Assembly: GCA_035700665.1 (NCBI GenBank)
Contig: DASSOK010000042.1
Span: 6,115 to 70,114, forward strand
From: Marmoricola sp.
GTDB lineage: Bacteria; Actinomycetota; Actinomycetes; Propionibacteriales; Nocardioidaceae
DNA length: 64,000 nucleotides
Reading direction: 5' to 3'
Position 1 is the stretch's first letter; each line of letters starts with the position of its first letter. The notes below the pieces were generated by a model, which was given only the letters and a program-made list of their open reading frames with translations, did not search any database and was not told where the DNA came from. A program made the translations under genes and the position numbers. Shown piece by piece: positions 30,826 through 42,218 of the stretch.

Positions 30826-31526
30826 GCGACCCGATCAGCCCGGGCGCCCGGCCCAGCCCCAACATCTGGAACAGCCCGGAGACCTACGAGATCGAGAACC
30901 GCGCCGTCGACCGCGCGGGCCGGCTCGCCGCTCTGCTTCGGTCGCTGGCGTCGTGGGAGGGCCGCCACGTGCTCGACGTCGGCTGCGGCACCGGCTTCCA
31001 CCTTCCCTGGTTCGCCGAGACCGCGGCGACGGTGACCGGGGTCGAGCCGCACCCGGCCCTGGCGGACATCGCCCGTCGGCGGACGCGCCGGCTGCCGAAC
31101 GTCACGGTGCTGCAGGGGACCGCCGAGGAGCTGCCGGTCCGCTCCGGCTCGGTGGACGTTGCCCACGCCCGCTGGGCCTACTTCTTCGGGCCGGGCTGCG
31201 AGCCCGGGCTGGCCGAGCTGGACCGGGTGGTACGACGCGGAGGGACCGCTCTGGTCGTGGACAACGACGCCTCGCGGTCCACCTTCGGGTCCTGGTTCCG
31301 CCGCGGCTTCCCCTCCGTCGACCCCGACGAGGTGGACCGGTTCTGGTCGGTGCAGGGCTGGTCCACCGAGCGGCTCGAGATCGCCTGGACCTTCGACCGG
31401 CGCGAGGACCTCGAGGCCGTCGTACGGATCGAGCTGCCGACGCAGGTCGCCGACCAGGTGCTCGCGGAGCACCCGGGGATCACGGAGGTCGACTACGCGG
31501 TCAACGTCCGGTGGCGCCGGTTCTGA
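30822..31526 (+). CDS. Class I SAM-dependent methyltransferase (start codon uncertain, possibly CTG)
   Basis: VLDVGCGTG motif I, AEELP, ARWAYFFG; N-terminal PSPNIW segment. Confidence 0.85.
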   Translation: MSDPISPGARPSPNIWNSPETYEIENRAVDRAGRLAALLRSLASWEGRHVLDVGCGTGFHLPWFAETAATVTGVEPHPALADIARRRTRRLPNVTVLQGTAEELPVRSGSVDVAHARWAYFFGPGCEPGLAELDRVVRRGGTALVVDNDASRSTFGSWFRRGFPSVDPDEVDRFWSVQGWSTERLEIAWTFDRREDLEAVVRIELPTQVADQVLAEHPGITEVDYAVNVRWRRF

Positions 31527-31550
31527 CCCGCTCGGCAGTGGGGCCGGTGC

Positions 31551-32615
31551 TCACTCCCACCGGCGGCTGGAGCGGCGGACCTCCAGGGTGGGCTGCAGCA
31601 TCCGGCCCTTCTCCTCGACCGGCCGGAGCGACAGCACCTGCTGGAGGATGTCCACGATCTCGCGGGCGACCTGCTCGAGCGGCTGCCGAACCGAGGTCAG
31701 TCCCGGCCAGGTGACGTGCGCGGCGACAGAGTCGTCGAAGCCGGTGACACCGATGTCCCGGCCCGGCGTCAGGCCACGCTCGGCGCAGGCATGCAGCACG
31801 CCGAGGGCCATCGTGTCGCTGACGCAGGTGAACGCGGTGACGGTCGGGTCCTCGAGGACCTCGTGGGCGGCCAGCCGTGCGGCGTCGACGTTGTCGGTCG
31901 TCCGGCTGCCGAGGCCGCGTGGGTCGACGCCGGCCTTCTCCAGGGCCTGCCGCCAGCCGGCCCGCCGGTCCTGGCCGATGCGTGAGGTCTTCTCCCAGCC
32001 GAGCCAGGCCACCCGCTCGTGACCCTGCTCGAGCAGGTGCGCCGTCGCCAGCTCGGCGCCGTGCCGGCCGTCGACGTCGACCCACGCCCAGTCGACCTCG
32101 CTCCCGGCGGCGGCACCCAGCTCGGGGTCCTCCCACGGCCGACCGAAGGTGACGAACGGCGCCCCGACGAGCTTGAGGAAGTCCGCCTGCGGGGTGCCTG
32201 CGTAGGTGTCGGTGATGACGAAGGCGTCCACGGCGGTGGAGCGCAACAGCTCGTCGTAGCCGTCGAGCGGGTCGGCCGGGTCGCCGGAGAACAGCAGGAT
32301 GTGGTGGCCGGTCTCGTCGCTGGCCTCCACCAGCGAGTGCACGAAGCGGTCCATCAGCGCCTCGCTGGTGCCCTCCTGGGCGGGTTCGAAGCGCAGTCCG
32401 ATGAGGTGCGAGGACCGGGTGCGCAGCTGGCGCGCCGCACGGTTGGGGGTGTAGCCGAGCTCGTCGATCACCGCCCGGACGCGCTCGAGCGTGTCCGGCC
32501 GGAGCAGGTGGGGGTTGTTCAGGGCGTTCGAGACCGTCTGGCGGGAGACGCCCGCCTGCTCGGCGACGGTCGACAACGTCGGCTTCGACCCGGCAAGCCG
32601 CCGCATCGGACTCAT
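31551..32615 (-). CDS. LacI family transcriptional regulator
   Basis: TLSTVAEQAGVSRQTVSNALN HTH, LGYTPNRAARQL, GFDDS, LTSVRQP. Confidence 0.93.
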   Translation of the reverse strand: MSPMRRLAGSKPTLSTVAEQAGVSRQTVSNALNNPHLLRPDTLERVRAVIDELGYTPNRAARQLRTRSSHLIGLRFEPAQEGTSEALMDRFVHSLVEASDETGHHILLFSGDPADPLDGYDELLRSTAVDAFVITDTYAGTPQADFLKLVGAPFVTFGRPWEDPELGAAAGSEVDWAWVDVDGRHGAELATAHLLEQGHERVAWLGWEKTSRIGQDRRAGWRQALEKAGVDPRGLGSRTTDNVDAARLAAHEVLEDPTVTAFTCVSDTMALGVLHACAERGLTPGRDIGVTGFDDSVAAHVTWPGLTSVRQPLEQVAREIVDILQQVLSLRPVEEKGRMLQPTLEVRRSSRRWE

Positions 32616-32761
32616 CCGCACCTCCGGCAGCGACAGGGACACTCGGACGCGCTGCTTGCGTCGTACTTGAACGATCCAATGGTAGGCACACCACCCGCCC
32701 GGGGCACGAGGGGCGCGCGTCGTGGACGCCCCCTGTCGGCGGTAGCACGTATGTTCGATGC

Positions 32762-34201
32762 ATGTCGAGAAGCACGGGCAAGAGCTCAAGCCGGTCCGCC
32801 TCCTACCAGTGCACCGAGTGCGGCTGGGAGACCGCCAAGTGGGTCGGCCGCTGCGCCGAGTGCCAGGCCTGGGGCTCGGTGGTGGAGAAGGCGGCCCCGA
32901 AGAGTCGGGTCCAGGCAGGTCCCGTCACCGAGAAGGCCCGGCCGATCGCGGAGGTGTCCGCGGAGTCCTCCCAGGCGCGGACCAGCGGGGTGCCGGAGCT
33001 CGACCGCGTCCTCGGCGGCGGCCTGGTGCCCGGGGCGGCGATCCTGCTGGCCGGGGAGCCGGGCGTCGGCAAGTCCACGCTGCTGCTCGAGGTGGCGGCG
33101 CAGACGGCTCGCTACCGGCGCCGGACGCTCTACGTCACCGGCGAGGAGTCCGCCTCGCAGGTGCGGATCCGGGCGGACCGCACCGGCGCCATCCAGGACG
33201 AGCTCTACCTCGCCGCCGAGACGGACCTGGCCGCGGTGCTGGGCCACGTCGAGGAGGTGCGCCCGACGCTGCTGGTGATCGACTCCGTCCAGACGATCAG
33301 CGCCGGCGACATCGATGGCGTGCCCGGCGGCGTGACACAGGTCAAGGAGGTGGCCGCCGCCCTGATCCGGATGGCGAAGCTGCGCAACATCACCGTGGTC
33401 CTCGTCGGTCACGTCACCAAGGACGGCAGCATCGCCGGGCCCCGGGTCCTCGAGCACCTGGTCGACGTCGTCCTGCACTTCGAGGGCGAGCGCACCTCGC
33501 GGCTGCGGCTGGTGCGTGCGGTGAAGAACCGGTTCGGGCCCGTCGACGAGGTTGGCTGCTTCGACCTGTCCGCCGAGGGCATCGTCGCGATCACCGACCC
33601 CACCGGCTTGTTCCTCGACGTCCGGCACGGTTCCGTCCCGGGCACCTGCGTGGCCGTCGCGATGGAGGGCCGCCGGCCCCTCCTGGGCGAGATCCAGGCA
33701 CTGGTGACGCCGTCCGCCAGCGAGCGCCCCCGTCGTACGACGGCCGGCGTGGACTCCGCCCGGGTCGCGATGATCCTGGCGGTGCTCGCCCAGCACGGCG
33801 GGATCCGCCTGCACAGCCACGACGTCTTCGTCTCGACGGTCGGCGGCGCCCGGCTGACCGAGCCGAGCAACGACCTCGCCATCGCCCTGGCGATTGCCTC
33901 CGCCTGGCACAACCGGCCCGTCGGCCGACAGCTGGTCGCGATCGGGGAGCTCGGGCTGTCCGGTGAGCTGCGGCGGGTGCGCGACCTCGACCAGCGGACG
34001 GCGGAGGCCAACCGGATGGGCTTCCTCTCCGCCGCCGTCCCGGCGGCCCACCCCCAGGAGGTCGGTCGCAGCAAGGTCGTGGACGGCATGCGCGTGATCC
34101 CGGTCGATCACCTGCGCCAGGCGCTGGTGCAGCTCGACATGGACGCGTCCAGCAGGGCCCGGCACGGGGAGGACGGCTTCGGCGTGCCCGGTGCCTTCTG
34201 A
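32762..34201 (+). CDS. radA: DNA repair protein RadA/Sms
   Basis: C4 zinc finger (CTECG...CAEC), GEPGVGKS, KNRFG, GELGLSGE. Confidence 0.97.
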   Translation: MSRSTGKSSSRSASYQCTECGWETAKWVGRCAECQAWGSVVEKAAPKSRVQAGPVTEKARPIAEVSAESSQARTSGVPELDRVLGGGLVPGAAILLAGEPGVGKSTLLLEVAAQTARYRRRTLYVTGEESASQVRIRADRTGAIQDELYLAAETDLAAVLGHVEEVRPTLLVIDSVQTISAGDIDGVPGGVTQVKEVAAALIRMAKLRNITVVLVGHVTKDGSIAGPRVLEHLVDVVLHFEGERTSRLRLVRAVKNRFGPVDEVGCFDLSAEGIVAITDPTGLFLDVRHGSVPGTCVAVAMEGRRPLLGEIQALVTPSASERPRRTTAGVDSARVAMILAVLAQHGGIRLHSHDVFVSTVGGARLTEPSNDLAIALAIASAWHNRPVGRQLVAIGELGLSGELRRVRDLDQRTAEANRMGFLSAAVPAAHPQEVGRSKVVDGMRVIPVDHLRQALVQLDMDASSRARHGEDGFGVPGAF

Positions 34202-34302
34202 GCGACGCCGTGCGGACAGCACCTTGCGAGCGGCGCCTTCCCTGAGGCGGGTTCCCGCCGCGCGCTGAGCGAATCCGGTGCTGCCGCCCTACACTTCCAC
34301 GC

Positions 34303-35388
34303 GTGCCACCTCCCGACCGACCCGACGACGTCGAGCGCCTGCGCGAGACGCTCGCTCGCATCGCGCCCGGGACGCCCCTGCGCGACGGGCTGGAGCGCAT
34401 CCTGCGCGGACGCACCGGGGCGTTGCTCGTCCTGGGCAACGACCGCGTCGTGGACGGCCTCTCCTCCGGCGGCTTCGAGCTCAACGTGCCGTTCTCGGCG
34501 ACCGGCCTGCGCGAGCTCGCCAAGATGGACGGCGCCATCGTGCTGGACAGTGACATCAGCACGATCCACCGGGCCAACGTGCACCTGATGCCCGATCCGA
34601 CGATCCCCAGCGAGGAGACCGGCACCCGGCACCGCACCGCAGACCGGGTCGCGAAGCAGACCGGCCACCCGGTCATCTCGGTCTCGCAGTCGATGCAGAT
34701 CATCGCCGTCTACGTGGGCGAGATCCGCTACGTCCTCGAGGATTCAGGACAGATCCTGTCGCGCGCCAACCAGGCGCTCGCGACCCTGGAGCGCTACAAG
34801 CTGCGCCTCGACGAGGTGTCCAGCACACTGTCCGCTCTGGAGATCGAGGACCTGGTCACGGTCCGCGACGTCGCCGTGGTGGCCCAGCGGCTGGAGATGG
34901 TCAGCCGGATCGCCCGCGAGATCGAGGGCTACGTCCTCGAGCTCGGCACCGACGGGCGACTGTTGGCGCTCCAGCTCGAGGAGCTCGTCACCGGGGTCGA
35001 CGCCGAGCGCGAGCTCGTCGTACGCGACTACCAGCCGGCGCGGAAGCGCGCCCGCAAGCCCGAGGCCGTGCTGCGGGAGCTCGAGGAGCTCTCGCCGGCC
35101 GAGCTGGTGGACGTGGCAGCGGTGTCCAAGGCGCTCGGACTCGGCCAGGGCGAGCACCTGGACAACGCGGTCACGCCGCGCGGTTACCGCCTGCTCGCGA
35201 AGGTGCCGCGCCTGCCTGGAGCCGTCGTCGACCGCCTCGTCGAGCGGTTCGACACCCTCCAGAAGCTGCTGTCGGCCGGCGTCGAGGACCTGCAGACGGT
35301 CGACGGCGTCGGTGAGCTGCGGGCACGCAGCGTCCGAGAGGGACTCTCGCGCCTGGCCGAGTCGAGCATCCTCGAGCGCTACGTCTGA
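34303..35388 (+). CDS. disA: DNA integrity scanning diadenylate cyclase DisA
   Basis: KMDGA and [10 protein letters not shown] motifs, C-terminal HhH. Confidence 0.97.
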   Translation: MPPPDRPDDVERLRETLARIAPGTPLRDGLERILRGRTGALLVLGNDRVVDGLSSGGFELNVPFSATGLRELAKMDGAIVLDSDISTIHRANVHLMPDPTIPSEETGTRHRTADRVAKQTGHPVISVSQSMQIIAVYVGEIRYVLEDSGQILSRANQALATLERYKLRLDEVSSTLSALEIEDLVTVRDVAVVAQRLEMVSRIAREIEGYVLELGTDGRLLALQLEELVTGVDAERELVVRDYQPARKRARKPEAVLRELEELSPAELVDVAAVSKALGLGQGEHLDNAVTPRGYRLLAKVPRLPGAVVDRLVERFDTLQKLLSAGVEDLQTVDGVGELRARSVREGLSRLAESSILERYV

Positions 35389-35471
35389 GCGAGCGAGAGA
35401 AGCCGAGCTTGCTCGAGCTTCCGAGCGAGCGAGAGACGTTGAGGGCGCAGCCCGATCACGTCTGAGCGAGC
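35381..35471. repeat. 77-bp interspersed unit bounded by a 14-bp direct repeat, with internal hairpins
   Basis: ACGTCTGAGCGAGC at 35381 and 35458; internal GAGCTTGCTC and GGGCGCAGCCC stem-loops. Confidence 0.6.
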
Positions 35472-35476
35472 AGAGG

Positions 35477-36208
35477 TCAGCGCTCCTGCTGCTCGTCCTG
35501 CTTCTTCTCCGGTCTGGGGCTGGCGGTCTTCGTGATCACCGGCCGGTTCGGCAGGGTGAGCTGGAACTGGGTGTCGCTCGGCTCCGAACCGATCGCGGCG
35601 GTGACGGCGTGGTACCAGCCGGGCATCGCCCAGCGGGTGCCCCCCGGACAGCCGTCCTCGGACCGCCGGCCGTTCCAGGTCATCTCGACCGTGGTTGGCC
35701 GGGCGCTGCGGACGACCACGTCCTGCGGCTTGATCGCGCGACCGCAGTCCTGCGAGGACCAGATCCGGTCGGAGCCCGAGACGATCTTCACCACCACGGT
35801 GCTGGGGCTCACCCGGAACCGGCACGCGGCCTGGGTTCCGGTCAGCTCGAGCGGGATGCGCACGTCGCCGCCGGCATGGCCGACGTCCAGCGCCGCCCGC
35901 ACGGTGATCTCGTCGACGTCGCAGTCGCCGCTGGGCTGGGCGAGCGGTGCGGTGGCGGCCGCCTTGTGCTTGCCCTTCTTCTTCGCCCTGCTCAGCGGCA
36001 TCGGCCCGATCGGCTGCGTCGGCGCTGCAGTGCTGGGATGAGCGGCTGCGGGTGCCGCCGCCTGAGGCGCCTCGTCGGCCTCGGCCCCGCCTCCGAGCAG
36101 CCGGGCGAACCCGAAGACGAGCGCGAACGCGGTGAACAGCACCAGGCCCCGGCGGAACCAGTAGACGCGAGCGGGCAGCCTGCCGGGTCGCCGCGCCGGG
36201 GAAGTCAT
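35477..36208 (-). CDS. Membrane-anchored hypothetical protein (Rv3587c-like)
   Basis: GRLPARVYWFRR followed by a TM helix, IWSSQDC motif; conserved position convergent on disA. Confidence 0.75.
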   Translation of the reverse strand: MTSPARRPGRLPARVYWFRRGLVLFTAFALVFGFARLLGGGAEADEAPQAAAPAAAHPSTAAPTQPIGPMPLSRAKKKGKHKAAATAPLAQPSGDCDVDEITVRAALDVGHAGGDVRIPLELTGTQAACRFRVSPSTVVVKIVSGSDRIWSSQDCGRAIKPQDVVVRSARPTTVEMTWNGRRSEDGCPGGTRWAMPGWYHAVTAAIGSEPSDTQFQLTLPNRPVITKTASPRPEKKQDEQQER

Positions 36209-36292
36209 GCCACGAACGGTAGGAGAACTCCGGCGCCGATGGCGGGTGCCACTCCGCAGGAAGACCCGGTGGACTCCACATAGGGTGTGCGC

Positions 36293-37159
36293 GTGGCCAA
36301 CCCGCTGCTCGAGCCGGTGCTCGACTGGTACTCCGTGAATGCCCGGGACCTGCCCTGGCGCCGGCCGGGAACCAGTCCGTGGGGCGTCCTGGTGAGCGAG
36401 TTCATGCTGCAGCAGACGCCGGTGAGCAGGGTGCTCCCCGCGTACCACGCCTGGCTGGAGCGCTGGCCGACGCCGGCGGCACTTGCGGCCGAGCCGAGCG
36501 GAGAGGCGGTGCGCGCGTGGGGCCGGCTCGGCTACCCACGGCGCGCGCTCCGCCTGCACGCCGCCGCCGTCGCGATCACCGAGCGGCACGGCGGGGAGGT
36601 CCCCGACTCCTACGCCGCGCTGCGGCAGCTACCCGGGGTGGGCGACTACACCGCGGCGGCGGTGGCGTCCTTCGCCTACGGACGCAGCCACGCCGTGCTG
36701 GACACCAACGTCCGCCGCGTGCTGGCCCGCGCGGTGCAGGGCACCGAGTTCGCGGCCCGATCGGTGAACCGGCCCGAGCGGGAGCTGGCCGAGTCCCTGC
36801 TCCCGGAGGAGGACGCGGCGCTCTGGGCGGTCGCCGTCATGGAGCTCGGCGCGCTCGTCTGCACCTCGGCGAACCCGCGGTGCGGTGAGTGCCCGGTGGC
36901 CGACGTGTGCGCATGGGGTGCGGCCGGGCGGCCGCCGTACGACGGTCCACCGCGACCGGTGCAGTCCTGGGCCGGCACCGATCGCCAGGTCCGCGGACTC
37001 ATCCTGGCCGTCCTCCGGGACTCCGACGCACCGGTGCGCGCGACCAGGATCGACGCCGTGTGGCCCGACGCCCCACAACGGGCCCGGGCGATCGACGGCC
37101 TGCTCGCCGACGGCCTGATGGTGCGCCGCGCCGGCCCGTCGTACTCCCTCCCGGACTGA
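36293..37159 (+). CDS. mutY: A/G-specific adenine glycosylase
   Basis: RDLPWR, SEFMLQQT, LGYPRRA, LPGVGDYTA, DTNVRR, and the 4Fe-4S motif CX6CX2CX5C. Confidence 0.95.
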   Translation: MANPLLEPVLDWYSVNARDLPWRRPGTSPWGVLVSEFMLQQTPVSRVLPAYHAWLERWPTPAALAAEPSGEAVRAWGRLGYPRRALRLHAAAVAITERHGGEVPDSYAALRQLPGVGDYTAAAVASFAYGRSHAVLDTNVRRVLARAVQGTEFAARSVNRPERELAESLLPEEDAALWAVAVMELGALVCTSANPRCGECPVADVCAWGAAGRPPYDGPPRPVQSWAGTDRQVRGLILAVLRDSDAPVRATRIDAVWPDAPQRARAIDGLLADGLMVRRAGPSYSLPD

Positions 37160-37167
37160 CCCAACTG

Positions 37168-37231
37168 GATACTCCGACGCGAAATGCCGCCCCCCGCGGT
37201 GCGAGGAAGCGGCATTTCGCGTCGGACTATC
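37168..37231. terminator. Long inverted repeat, probable bidirectional terminator (mutY/clpC)
   Basis: TCCGACGCGAAATGCCGC (37173-37190) is perfectly complementary to 37209-37226. Confidence 0.75.
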
Positions 37232-37286
37232 TGTCCCTGGGGACCATCTGTCCCGGAGGACCAGCTGCCCTCCGGCCCGGCTCAGG

Positions 37287-39827
<2,541 letters not shown>

Positions 39828-39885
39828 GGGCATCTCCCCTCAAGACTTCAGCGGGCCGCCAGACGAGCGATCCGCACGCCTGTTG

Positions 39886-39911
39886 AACCCTGGCACCACC
39901 CTACGTGTTCC
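39886..39911 (-). promoter_or_regulatory. SigR/SigH-type promoter of clpC (GGAAC-N18-GTT)
   Basis: Minus strand GGAAC-ACGTAGGGTGGTGCCAGG-GTT, with the exact 18-nt spacer. Confidence 0.6.
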
Positions 39912-39925
39912 GGGGAAGCCGCGAC

Positions 39926-39942
39926 TTCGCTGACAGCGAACA
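39926..39942 (-). promoter_or_regulatory. ClgR operator upstream of clpC
   Basis: Minus strand GTTCGC-TGTCA-GCGAA matches the actinobacterial ClgR motif GTTCGC-N5-GCG. Confidence 0.7.
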
Positions 39943-39975
39943 TGACATCGCTGTACCCGTTCCGTCGCGCTGCGC

Positions 39976-40632
39976 TCAGCCGCCCGGCTGGACCAGGCCC
40001 CGCTCATAGGCATAGACCACCGCCTGGATCCGGTCCCGCAGCGCCAGCTTGCGGAGCACCTCGGCGACGTGCGACTTGACCGTCTCCACACCGATCACCA
40101 GCTCCTCGGCGATCTCGACGTTGGAGCGGCCACGGGCCAGGTGGAGCAGGATCTCCCGTTCCCTGGGGCTGAGCTGCGCCAGCTCCACCGGCTCCGGCCG
40201 CGACGACCCGGGCCGGCCGGCGAAGTCCGCGACCAGCCGGCGGCTGACGGCCGGCCCCAGGAGCATCGAGCCCTCGGCGACCAACCGGACGCCCTCGACG
40301 AGGCGCTCGGCGGTGACGTCCTTGAGCAGGAACCCGCTGGCACCGGCGCAGATCGCGTCGTAGACGTAGGCATCGAGGTCGAAGGTGGTCAGGATCAGCA
40401 CCCTGGTGTCCCCGTCACAGGTGATCAGCCGGGTCGCCTCGATGCCGTCCAGCTCCGGCATCCGGATGTCGACGAGCGCGACGTCGGGGCGCCGCTCCTC
40501 GACCAGGCGGACCAGCTCACGGCCGTCGGCTGCGGTGCCGACGACGTCGAGGTCCGGTTGGGCCGCGAGGAGGGCCGCGAAGCCCGCGCAGATCACGGGC
40601 TGGTCGTCGGCGACCACCACCGTCGTACTCAT
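39976..40632 (-). CDS. NarL/LuxR-family response regulator
   Basis: ADDQ, DIRMP, LTTFD, GFLLKD, LSPREREIL HTH. Confidence 0.95.
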   Translation of the reverse strand: MSTTVVVADDQPVICAGFAALLAAQPDLDVVGTAADGRELVRLVEERRPDVALVDIRMPELDGIEATRLITCDGDTRVLILTTFDLDAYVYDAICAGASGFLLKDVTAERLVEGVRLVAEGSMLLGPAVSRRLVADFAGRPGSSRPEPVELAQLSPREREILLHLARGRSNVEIAEELVIGVETVKSHVAEVLRKLALRDRIQAVVYAYERGLVQPGG

Positions 40633-41712
40633 CCCCGGTCCACCTGGCCGCGCGGCAGCACGGCCTCCACGACGAAGCCCTCCGCCGTCGGACCGGCGTT
40701 GAGACGGCCGCCGATGGCGTCGACCCGCTCGCGCATGCCGACGAGCCCCTGGCCCGAGCCAGTGGCGCCGCCCGACGTCAGCGGCGTGCTGACCCGGACG
40801 GTGAGCAGCTGAGACGTGGCGCCCAGCTCGAGGGTGACCGGGGCCCCGGGCGCGTGCCGGCGCGCGTTCGTGAGCGCCTCCTGGACGACCCGGTAGCCGA
40901 CATAGCCGACCGAGGGCGGCACGTCGAGGTCCACCGGACCGGCGAGGCGCACGTCCGCCCCCGCCGCCTGGGTCCGGTCCACGAGCGACGCGATGTCGCG
41001 CCAGGTCGGCTGCGGCGCGCGCGACGCATCCTCCCCGGCCCGGCCCAGGATGCCGAGCACGCCGCGCAGCTCGTCGAGGGCCAGCCGGGCGTCGGCGGCG
41101 ATGTCGGTAAGCACGGTGCGGGCGCTGTCGGAGAGGCCGGGATGGGTGTACGGCGCCGTCTCGGCGCGCACAGCGATGAGGGAGACGTGGTGCGCGACGA
41201 CGTCGTGCAGGTCACGCGCCAACCGGGACCGCCCCGTACCGCAGGTCGATAGTGGCTCCGAAGGGAGCAGCCATGGAGGTCCCGGAGAGGACCCAGGCCC
41301 AGACCACGAGCAGCGCCGTTCCGACCGCCGCGACGGCGAAGGCGGGACGGCGCCAGGCTGAGGTGACCGCAACGGCCCCGAGCGCTGCGAGGACCCCGAA
41401 GTGGACGCCGGTCTCGTGCGGGTCGAGGACGGTGACGACGATCGGCAGCAGCGCCACCACGATCGCGAACAACGGCCAGCGGAAGGCGAGCCACGGCGTC
41501 GTCAGCATCGCCAGTCCGAGGACCGCCCCGAGAAGGAGCAGGGCGAAGCCGCCGGTGACACCGGGGCCAGGCAGCAGCCAGTACATGTCGGCCACGAACC
41601 ACGGCCACGACGCCGTCGCGAAGCAGACGAAGATGACCAGGCTGGCCACGACACCGGCAACGCGGTAGCCGGCGGCGATCGGGCGGTCGTGCGGCGCCAT
41701 CAGCTTGTCCAT
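40629..41712 (-). pseudogene. HisKA_3 sensor histidine kinase split by a frame disruption near 41212-41235
   Basis: The TM sensor part (MDKLM...LRYGAVPVGA*) and the kinase part (RLARDLHDVVAHH...QEALTNARRHA...GLVGMRER) are in different frames. Confidence 0.75.
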
Positions 41713-41788
41713 GCCCTGGATCCTTCTCGCTGCGGACGCCGGGGACCACCCGCTGCGGTGCGAACTGTCCGCTCCCCCGGGAGAGGGA

Positions 41789-42121
41789 TCAGTGCGCGGC
41801 GGCGTACGCCTGCCGGACCTCCTCGGAGACGCGGCCGCGATCAGGGACGTCCATGCCGTTCTCGCGCGCCCAGGCCCGGATGTCGGCCGGCGAGGGCCCG
41901 CCCGAGGACGTCGCCGCGCCGGCGGCACGGCCACGCCGGCCCCGTCCGGCGGCCTTGCGCGCGTGCGCGACGTAGGGCGCGAGGGCGTCGCGGAGCTTCT
42001 GGGCGTTCTGTGCGGTCAGGTCGATCTCGTAGTCCTTGCCGTCGAGGGCAAAGGAAACGGTTTCGTCGGCGTCTCCGCCGTCGATGTCGTCGACAAGAAT
42101 GATGTTCACCTTCTGCGCCAT
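41789..42121 (-). CDS. lsr2: Nucleoid-associated protein Lsr2
   Basis: MAQKVNIILVDDIDG, YEIDL, IRAWARENG, RGR AT-hook. Confidence 0.97.
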   Translation of the reverse strand: MAQKVNIILVDDIDGGDADETVSFALDGKDYEIDLTAQNAQKLRDALAPYVAHARKAAGRGRRGRAAGAATSSGGPSPADIRAWARENGMDVPDRGRVSEEVRQAYAAAH

Positions 42122-42218
42122 GGGAAAAGCATGACACAGCCGCGCCACGCTTTTTCGCCGTACGCACGGCGACGCCGGAAATGTGTTTGGGAAATGAGGG
42201 CGCGCACGTGCCCGGACG

